Part shown: positions 55,121 through 64,000 of the stretch, piece by piece
Position numbering within the stretch: position 1 is the first letter of the stretch
Layout: each line of letters starts with the position of its first letter
Assembly (NCBI GenBank): GCA_023515725.1
Contig: JALDTO010000098.1
Coordinates: forward strand, 28,615 to 92,614
DNA: 64,000 bases
Reading direction: 5' to 3'
DNA from: Amoeboaphelidium protococcarum X5
Lineage: Eukaryota > Fungi > Aphelidiomycota
Position numbers and translations under genes: made by a program
The notes under the pieces: generated by a model
Database searches by the model: none
The model's input: the letters and a program-made list of their open reading frames with translations, nothing else
What the model was told of the DNA's origin: nothing

Positions 55121-56462
55121 TAGGCGATATGTAGCGTCGTAATTGCCACGTTTCCAAGATATGCGTGAATATGTAGAGGAACGACAATTTTAGTCGGATC
55201 ACGGCATTACAGTATGTTGTTTCATGTCTTTTGATCTCGACACACGATATATGAATTTGACTGCAGTTACGCTTGTTCTCAACATTAAAAGATATTATCG
55301 CCAGCCTTCGCGAGTATGCTCATACAAGTCAGAGTTCGGAATCCCTACCAATTAAATGATTGTAAAAAATATCCATGAAAATACGATGAGATGCGCATCA
55401 TTGTGCAAACGGACAGATATCGCAGGAGTCATAGGCCGGCACACACATAAATGACTATTCAAGGATGATTGACAACAACGCGGCAAGAATAGAATAAGAT
55501 AAACACCACCTTGTGATCAAAGTGCTCTAAGACATGTTGTATAAACGCGTTCTAGTAAATGATATCGATATTTCAGGCCTATCAAGGGGGGAAGGCTGAT
55601 GTCGGATCGAAGCTATAATGTATGTCGAATATAAGCTGAGATTAAGTAAGTGACAACTGATATATATTTGATATAATTGATCAATGTTTAAAAGAATGAT
55701 CTCGAACGACATACGATTAAATAGATTAACCTTAATGAAGCCCCTTAATCTAACGACTTACGTTCACCACAGAAGCCGTTAGTTCCGAGTTGACGTATAT
55801 CAAAACTAACATGAAACGCAATGCAACTATGTGGACATGATGGCCAAATTACTGAACATCAACAGCTAATTGAATAGCCAAAAAGTCAGCAGGAAGACTT
55901 AGATCTATCAAATCTGCTTTAAGGATTAAGATTATAACTGGGCATACGTTGTCTGAATGACATATGATAACATGTACGTGCCAGGTTTAGTGAACGCCCA
56001 CGAGTGCATATAGAAATTTGTATGCGCATACAGTCATATTTGCATATGCATATAAAGTAAATGGCTTAGACTACTCACCCTGTCTTAAGTCCAGCATACT
56101 TTAGCATTACAATGAATACAGGTACAGTACTGACCGTTACGGTCCTTTAAACAGTCCGAAATCTCAAACAGTAAGGTCATTGTAGAACGCTTGTCTTAAA
56201 TTTGAAGAAAAAGAAACACACATTCTGCGATGACGCTATGTTGAAAGTGATGTTCAAAACGTTTGCCCCTGAACCGAAGTTATCAAGGCGCCACCCCCAC
56301 TGATCTTGATCTTCGAATGATAGACAAAAGCCACACAGCATATACAATTAATATTTTATTGTTCCACTTGATTGATTTAATTCAACACGCCGCGTACTTT
56401 TATATAAGTCTGACATACCCTGCATATATGCGCAAATTATATGAATATGCGTCGATGGGAGT

Positions 56463-57200
56463 TCACTAGGTGCGGCATTCGTCAGGTGAGGGCATGACAG
56501 GCAACGCGTCCATCAATTCAGAACCAACTGAAAAATAAATTCGAAGACAGTTTCGCATCGATACATCGACAGTGTGCGATCTTTTCAAGCCTTTCATCAG
56601 CACAAGTTGATTTTTCCACTGAATACCTTCCAGACTCTCCCACAACAGTTCCTGCAAGATCGGGTCTCCGTGGTCGCCCCAACAAAGCGCCGTGTTCAAC
56701 TCGGATCCCGGAATGATATATATCCTACACGAAAGTCAAAGTCGTTCTGAAGAATATCCTTCAATCGACGTGGGTTATTTGCATACAGATTTCCAGGTGC
56801 GTTCCATCCAGAGAGGTGTTGAAGAAACAAGTGTTTCGCCAACTGCCACAACAGCCACACAGGTAGCAACCGCGGCAGTGAATAGTCGATCGCGAGACAC
56901 GGTCATCGTGCCTTCTTTTACGCAGAATTTGGAGTTCAAGTTGTGACGGGCAAAATCAGATTTGAGGACTGGAGGGAGACTATGCACACGCAAGTGCTCT
57001 AAAAGTTCCTTGCCGGTCGTGACCGTATTCGAGCTGGCTAGGCGCCTAGATTCCACTTCAATATGACACGTTGGTTTATGCGCTTTCCAGTGTCCTGCCT
57101 GACATTCTTTGGAACAGTAGAACACAGTTTCGCAGGCGGCACACCTCTTTCCTGGTTTTTGGCAAATTATACAGCTTGTCTAGGTGCGATTAGAATTCAT
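56463..57200 (-). pseudogene. zf-MYND protein with a putative CheD-like Cys/His domain, frameshifted
   Basis: CIICQKPGKRCAACETVFYCSKECQAGHWKAHKPTC (MYND). TAAVATCVAVV is followed by LFLQHL only in a shifted frame. In-frame TGA near 56736. Confidence 0.6.
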
Positions 57201-57312
57201 TATCAACCATAAACTTTTTTTTCGCGGAATATAGTTGACTTTTGTGCGTTTATTGACAAGCTTATTACACACGCTTTACCTCCTCCTTGTTTCGTTTTAC
57301 GAAAAACTCAAA

Positions 57313-58452
57313 ATGATTTGGGATTGGGATTTGAATTCAATGGTTGTTTTGGCGACAAATCTATTGCCTTTCGTTGGTAGCGTGACTGTGGCTAGTATCT
57401 CTGGAATAGCTCCACGTCTTGGCCCTGGGCGTGCGCTGTCTATCGCTTTCCGGTCCAAAGTCTCTCCATACCGCGGCGAATTATCGGACAGAAAAGAACT
57501 CATTCCACAGCTCATCTCAATGTCAAATTACCGTCGTCAGAATTATGTTGTCGTCACCGGGCCAAAAGGTGTTGGCAAGTCTTGCCTAATTGACACAGCA
57601 TTCCGCAATACGTGTGGCGTTGCTAGAATCAAGGTAGAGGCTGGGAGTGGCGCTGGTACTATTGTTGATGCTGCGCTGCGGGAATTGACCGGGTTAAGCG
57701 GCAGATTCTCGATTGCTAATCCACACGCCAATGCTCGTCGTGTTGTCTTTTGGTATCGGTTGCTGTCGAGAGGAGATTCGCCCATCATTATAATCAACGC
57801 ATCCGCACGACAACCTGGTCAACCCTACGCGAATTTGGCGGCATCGTCGCGAACATTGAATGAGGACTATCAGCTTCGCGTTGTGATTGACGGATCTCCC
57901 GGCGCGTTGGAACCTATGCTATTTCGAACTGGCCGACAGTCAGTATTGGAGATTGGGACGATGGGTCGAGCCATGATAGAAAAGCTTCCTCAGTTGCAGA
58001 CGATGTTGGCATTCGTAACCAGGTTCAATCTCAGTGACGTTGTTTGGAGCGTGTTGGGTGGTATTCCGACGAAGTATGAAGAACTGGACAAGATGATCTC
58101 AAGTGCATTGGATACTGCTCCAGCTTCAGTACAATCAGTCATTGGCGAATATCTCCGTAATCAAGTTTCCCAGGCGATTGATATTGTGAAGGAGGCAAAA
58201 CGCTTGACATCCGATATGTCGCGTATTCTTTCCAAGATGGATCTTAATACGCTCTTGATTATTGATGAAGAGCTCCCGAACGAATGGAAGCGCCCAACGC
58301 CCGACAAGGTGCTGCGCAAAGTCGAGAAGGAAGGGAAATGGGTTTTGGTTCCTTCGACCAATGCTATTGGACTCGTTCTTCGTCATCAACTGACTGAAAA
58401 GCCTACAATGGAGAAACTAATCGAACTTGTCACTAAATAAAGGTGCACATGA
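57313..58452 (+). CDS. P-loop NTPase (AAA+/ATPase_2-like) of unknown function
   Basis: YVVVTGPKGVGKS Walker A, LRVVIDGS. No internal TAR codons. Ends TAA (58438-58440), or TGA (58450-58452) if TAA is read as Gln. Confidence 0.8.
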
Positions 58453-58916
58453 AAATTCGCTATTAAATAATACATACAGTTTATTATACTATAACATTCC
58501 AGATGAGGAAATGAATCATCGAAGTCTTCTTCCTTTCTATTTATCAGATTATGATCAACTCAGATTAATATGGCGCAGGTAAAGTGGCGCGGTATCAACT
58601 CCGGAACACATCACATAGCTATATTGAATGAATAGTGTTCTTAAATTGAGTAAGTAATACATTGATATCATTCAACAGGCATATTTCTTATTCTATCACT
58701 TATAAAAGTTCTGATAAGATGTTGGACGTTGTAAAAGACTAAAGATGATTTGGAGAAAATTCAAGAAGAAAACACGTCTGTAAGGAAATTCTTTCAAGCT
58801 GCGACAATAAAAGAAAGCGTTCAAAGACGAGTCTAAAGCATATATATTAGTGTGTCTATTCAGTATATAACGATATGCCATACACACATTTTAAGCAAAT
58901 AATATCAGTTTTAAGA

Positions 58917-59630
58917 TCATGCTAGAGAATGACGCGTCTTGGAAGAGTATGAACCAGTGAGTCTTTGCGTGGGATTCAACAACCTCTGATAATCTTCAAT
59001 CTGCTCTACATTGCTTGGCACCATAGTAAGCAATGTCAGAACGCAAAACAACTGCACAGTTAATAAAAACAGAAACACCAGAACAATAGATATGATGATT
59101 AGTAGCAAGTTGAGAGCATGTCTAACGATATTAATTGCAGATATAGTATATAGAGCGTTCGAAACATTACATTCTGCTTGTTGGAAAGACTCGACCAACA
59201 GTGATGAAACCAATGCTGTTTCAGATTGTTGCTGATTGGAGGCGACGTCAGAAAGATCACCGAGTTGCGCCACCATTTGTTTCATGCCAAGATCAAATCC
59301 GTCATGGTTTACGTGATGTACTTGGATAAGAATCTCACACAGTATGACGAACGCAAAAAGTAGGAGAAAGGTATTAATTAGCATTCCCAATTTCACGCCT
59401 TGAATTGAGCCTTTTGCAGCCAGATAAATGTACCACATGTTGAACAGTATCAAGAATGCGGCAAAGACTATCAACACGATAATGATTGATTGTGGCACCA
59501 AATTATACAAACCATTCCGATTCACATCGTCCAGTTGAAACGATAGCAACACAATTCCCAGCACTGCCACAACCAACGTGCATATGGAAGTAGCTATCGT
59601 GAGTTTACGCATATTCTTAGCAGACATCAT
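58917..59630 (-). CDS. Four-TM tetraspanin-like membrane protein (237 aa)
   Basis: Three closely spaced TM helices, a large loop, a fourth TM and a short tail; lacks the CCG motif; ends in TGA. Confidence 0.65.
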   Translation of the reverse strand: MMSAKNMRKLTIATSICTLVVAVLGIVLLSFQLDDVNRNGLYNLVPQSIIIVLIVFAAFLILFNMWYIYLAAKGSIQGVKLGMLINTFLLLFAFVILCEILIQVHHVNHDGFDLGMKQMVAQLGDLSDVASNQQQSETALVSSLLVESFQQAECNVSNALYTISAINIVRHALNLLLIIISIVLVFLFLLTVQLFCVLTLLTMVPSNVEQIEDYQRLLNPTQRLTGSYSSKTRHSLA

Positions 59631-59699
59631 AATTAACCTGATACAGTTTAAAGTTGATTGGTGAAGAAAGCGTATCAATTATAAATGAGGCATTGATTT

Positions 59700-59852
59700 A
59701 CGCGTCGTTTCGCATCACTGGCGCGGGTCTCGCCTTCTTCTTTTACGACAATCCGTTCAGTCCAGCGCTAAATCGCGCGATCTCAAAGTTCTCCACTCGA
59801 TCGCCCGTTCTGTTTCAACGTTTCACCGCACGTCTTCCTCTTTACGACGCGT
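59700..59852 (+). promoter_or_regulatory. Possible MCB-like (ACGCGT) cell-cycle elements upstream of POL2
   Basis: ACGCGT at 59700 and 59847 plus TCGCGCGA near 59773. ACGCGT is common elsewhere in the window, so support is weak. Confidence 0.35.
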
Positions 59853-59900
59853 CCTGTTGTTACATATCCATTATAGCAGAACTGGTCTTTTGCTGAAGGT

Positions 59901-62900
59901 ATGTTTGGTATAGTCAAGAAGAAGTAAAAGACTGGCAGTACAAAGTATAATGTTGCTGCCGTCCACTCTGGTAATTAACAAGGATAATGGAAACCAGGAG
60001 GTGCAGCAGAGATGACTTTGACGAAGCTTGAATAAATGTGGAAGGCGATTGAGAGAAGGAATTAGATCGATGCTAAATTGGGCTTTCCTCCTTATGATGG
60101 CAGTGAGAGCAAGTTGGGCTACTTGGTAAATATGTAATATACACTGAACTAGGACTAGTAGCATCCTAATGGTAGAGAAGCTGTTGATTTTTACTTTCTT
60201 TGCCAGGATGGATCCACCTTTAAGACTACCATTGTGGAGAGTCCGTACTTTTTCATCTGCTGTCGCAAAGGCAGAGAGATTGATGTTGAGTCGTACTTGC
60301 GGAGAACTTATGCTCACTTGCTCGAGAAGACTGTCCGCGTTGAGAAGGAAGACTTGGACTTGAACAATCATCTGGTAGGCAATAGGCGTCTTTACTTGAA
60401 GTTGGTGTTCAGGACTGCTGAGGAGCTGTTGGAAGTTCGTCGTGCTCTGATGAGTGTTGTGAATAAGAACAAGTAGAGTAAGAATTCCTATGAGACTTAT
60501 GATGTGGTGAACAATGCTGGTGCTGACAATGATTATGTGGATATTGATGACTCTACTATGCTCGGCAATGGTTCGGTTGAGAGTCTGGATCATATAGTTG
60601 ACATTAGGGAGTATGACATTCCATTTGTTACTAGAGTGGCTATTGATCACGATTATCGAGTCGGTCTTTGGTATAATGTAAGTGAAGACAGTGGTAAAGT
60701 TTACATTGAGCGGCAGCATGACATCCTGATCCCTGCTGATCCGCGAATATTAGCATTTGATATAGAGACCACGAAGGCTCCTTTGAAATTTCCTGATGTT
60801 GCTGTGGACCAAATAATGATGATTTCCTATATGATTGATGGTTAAGGATATCTCATCACCAACAGGGAAATTGTCTCGCAAGATATTGACGATTTTCAGT
60901 ATTCTCCTTCAGATGAATATCAAGGTCCGTTCATTGTATTTAATGAAGAGTCGGAGAAGGAATTGTTGATCAGATTCTATGAGCATATTCGTCAAGTGTA
61001 GCCCCATGTATTTGTCACTTATAATGGCGACTTTTTTGATTGGCCTTTCATTGAGCAAAGGTCCAGGGTTCACGAACTTGATATGTATTAGGAAATTGGG
61101 GTTTCAAAGAATGATCAGGAAGAGTATTGTAGTTCTTATGCATCGCATATGGATTGTCTGAAATGGGTGAAGCGTGATAGTTATCTGCCTGTCGGAAGTC
61201 AAGGTCTTAAGGCTGTCACTAAAGCCAAGCTAGGCTACGATCCGAAAGAGTTGGATCCTGAGCTTATGACTCCATATGCTGCTGAATAACCCACAGTTCT
61301 TGCGGATTATTCCGTGTCTGACGCTGTGGCTACCTACTATTTGTACATGAAGTATGTGCATCCGTTCATATTTTCTCTTTGTATGATTATTCCCCTGAAT
61401 CCGGACGATGTTCTGCGTAAAGGTTCTGGTACACTTTGTGAGATGTTGCTCATGGTTGAGGCTTACAAGGCCAACGTGATTATGCCCAATAAGCACAGAG
61501 AGGAGCACAACAAGCAATTTGGAGGTCATCTTCTCAGTGGCGAGACTTATGTCGGTGGTCACGTGGAAGCTTTGGAGTCTGGAGTATTTAGAAGCGACCT
61601 GCCGTGTCATTTTAAACTTGACCCTGAAAAGTTTTAGGATTTGATTGACGATTTGGACAAAGCTTTGCAGTTCAGTATCGAAGTTGAGTCCTAGATTCCT
61701 CTTGAAGAAGTGACAAACTATGATGATGTTAAAAGTGCGATTTAAGATAAGCTCGAGCAACTTCGTGATGAGCCAGTGAGAATGGAAGGTCCTTTGATTT
61801 ATCATCTAGATGTGGCTGCTATGTATCCGAACATTATTCTTACTAATCGTCTCTAGCCTCCTGCTCTGCTATCTGAGGCTGATTGTGCTGCATGTGATTT
61901 TTATTCACCCGACGCGCAATGTCAGCGTCCCATGAAATGGTCTTGGAGAGGAGAGTATTATCCCGCTGATAGATCGGAGGTTAGTATGGTGAGAAATTAG
62001 TTGGAGAGTGAGCTATTCAAGCCCAAAAAGCCAGAGTTGCCGTGGAGAAAATGGTCTGATTTGACCGAGAGTGAGTAGCAGACTATCTTTAACAAACGTC
62101 TGTCTGATTATTGCCGCAAAATTTACCATAAAGTGAAAGAGGAGCGAGTCATGGAGAAGGAGTCAATTGTCTGCTAAAGAGAGAACTCCTTTTACGTGGA
62201 CACTGTTCGTAAATTCCGTGATCGCCGTTATGAGTACAAGGGAAAGTTGAAGCAATGGAAAGGTAAATAAGATCAAGCCGCGTAGTCTTAAGATGTTCTG
62301 GCTGTTGATGAGGCTAAGAAGATGGTTGTTCTCATGGACTCTCTACAGTTGGCGCACAAGTGTATTTTGAACTCATTCTACGGATATGTGATGCGTAAAG
62401 GCAGTAGATGGTACTCGATGGAGATGGCTGGCATTGTGTGTCTGACAGGTGCGAACATTATTCAGCTGGCTCGTTAAATTGTTGAGAAGATTGGTCGACC
62501 TCTTGAGCTTGATACCGATGGAATTTGGTGTATCTTGCCAAAGAGTTTTCCGGAAGAGTTCAAATTCAATCTCAAGAATGGTAAAGGGATCAAGATCTCT
62601 TATCCGTGTGTTATGTTGAACCATCTTGTTCATGCGTAGTTTACTAATCATCAATATCAGACACTGGTTAATCCTTAGACTTTAGAATATGAGATGTCTT
62701 CAGAGAATTCCATCTTTTTTGAAGTTGATGGTCCCTACCGTGCAATGATTCTACCAGCATCTAAGGAAGAGAATAAGTTGTTGAAGAAGCGATACGCTGT
62801 CTTTAACGATGATGGATCTCTGGCTGAGCTTAAAGGCTTTGAAATTAAGCGCCGTGGTGAACTGAAAATCATCAAAATATTTCAATCTGAAGTGTTCAAG

Positions 62901-64000
62901 TAATTCTTGGAAGGAAGTTCGCTGGCTGAATGCTATGACCACGTTGCTCGTGTAGCCGATAGATGGCTGGATATTTTATTCTCAAAAGGCAGTACTATTT
63001 CGGATGAAGAGCTGATGGAGTATATTTCAGAGAACAGAAGTATGTCCAAGACGCTGGAGGATTATGGTTCTTAAAAATCGACATCTATCAGCACTGCCAA
63101 GAGACTGGCTGAGTTTTTGGGAGACGAAATGGTGAAGGACAAGGGACTTGCTTGTCATTTTGTCATTGCTAATCGTCCTGTTGGCTCTCCTGTGGCTGAA
63201 AGGGCCATTCCTATTGCTATTTTTTAAGCTGAACCGGCAGTGAGAAGACATTATCTGCGCAAATGGCTCAATGACAAGTCTCAGATTGACTTTAATCTTA
63301 GAGACATTTTGGACTGGGGATACTATATTGAGCGTTTGGGTTCAACCGTTTAGAAGCTGATCACTATTCCTGCGGCCATGTAGAATATTCCTAATCCTGT
63401 TGTGCGGCTGCAGCATCCAGATTGGCTTTTGAAGAACAAGAGAAACGGCAAGGATCAGAGATAGGAGAAGCTGACCGATCTGCTCTTTAAAGGAAACTCT
63501 TTGCAGAAGTCTACTCGTGAGATGTTTGATAATTTAAAGGCTAGCAAGTAGCATGGTATTGATATTGAAGATGTTGGAGTGCCGTCGAATCTTCCAGCTG
63601 CAATGAAAAAGGCTCTTAAAAAGACTGAAGATAAGTAGTCTCAACTTTAGCTGCCCAAGGAAATGCCTGACATGGACGAGGACTTCAACGCCTTTGTGAG
63701 TTATCAAAAGATCAAGTGGAAGCTTCAGCGCTTGAGACGAGAAGCTAGACGTTAAGGTGTGAGCAATCCAGACGTAGATGCGCAGTTGAATCAAAATTCT
63801 GTCCAGTAATTTTATGAGAGCAGCTCCAGGAGTCTGTAAACTGGCACTTGGAATATTTTGCAATTTGCTTCTACCGACTCCCCAGGCATTTACACTCTAT
63901 GGACTCTGATTGATGGATATATGCGCAGCGTGTAAGTGCAAATTCCTAAAGTATTCTATGTGAATACCAGATATCCCGATCCTCAGAACAGGTTGCCCAG
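59901..64000 (+). CDS. POL2: DNA polymerase epsilon catalytic subunit (3' end runs off the window)
   Basis: [22 protein letters not shown][TAA][25 protein letters not shown][TAG][20 protein letters not shown]. Confidence 0.98.

Noticed and set aside
54373-56450. Intact transposon with TIRs and TSD, or a link to the 61-bp element
   Set aside because: No matching inverted termini, no DDE core and no copy of the 61-bp motif found by eye.
59871-61805. Antisense ORFs (282 and 191 aa) over POL2, and similar ones over VPS4, ARB1 and the channel gene
   Set aside because: Antisense shadows of real genes with no recognisable motifs.

Overview
Gene-dense eukaryotic (fungal-grade opisthokont) genomic DNA that uses a non-standard genetic code: TAA and TAG encode Gln and only TGA terminates (translation table 6). 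The supplied standard-code ORF track is therefore chopped into fragments. Re-read with TAR=Gln, the window holds about 33 intact genes with few, short (48-75 nt) spliceosomal introns, plus one tRNA-Asp. Housekeeping genes include RPT2, APC10, SGF29, VPS4, CEG1, ERV2, NUP98-96, ARB1/ABCF2, MOCS2B, VMA21, YPK1/Gad8, THS1, GWT1 and POL2. Fungal-type genes, ciliary genes (CEP104, degenerate IFT52), a secreted GH10 glycanase and this code together fit an aphelid such as Amoeboaphelidium protococcarum; this identification is an inference. The most unusual features are: (i) three direct copies of a 61-bp nested-palindrome element (9687, 9864, 12162), two of which bracket a 2.2-kb orphan gene like a recombination cassette; (ii) all 13 reconstructed introns end in TGTAG; (iii) a tandem pair of secreted proteins built from four ~48-aa G/S/N-rich repeats, resembling beta-solenoids or functional amyloids; (iv) a BK/Slo-type channel lacking the GYG filter; (v) an accessory region at 53.8-59.7 kb with a hAT/BED remnant and genes that almost entirely avoid TAR-Gln; and (vi) shortened SRP68 and IFT52. 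All coordinates and translations were made by eye and no database searches were run.
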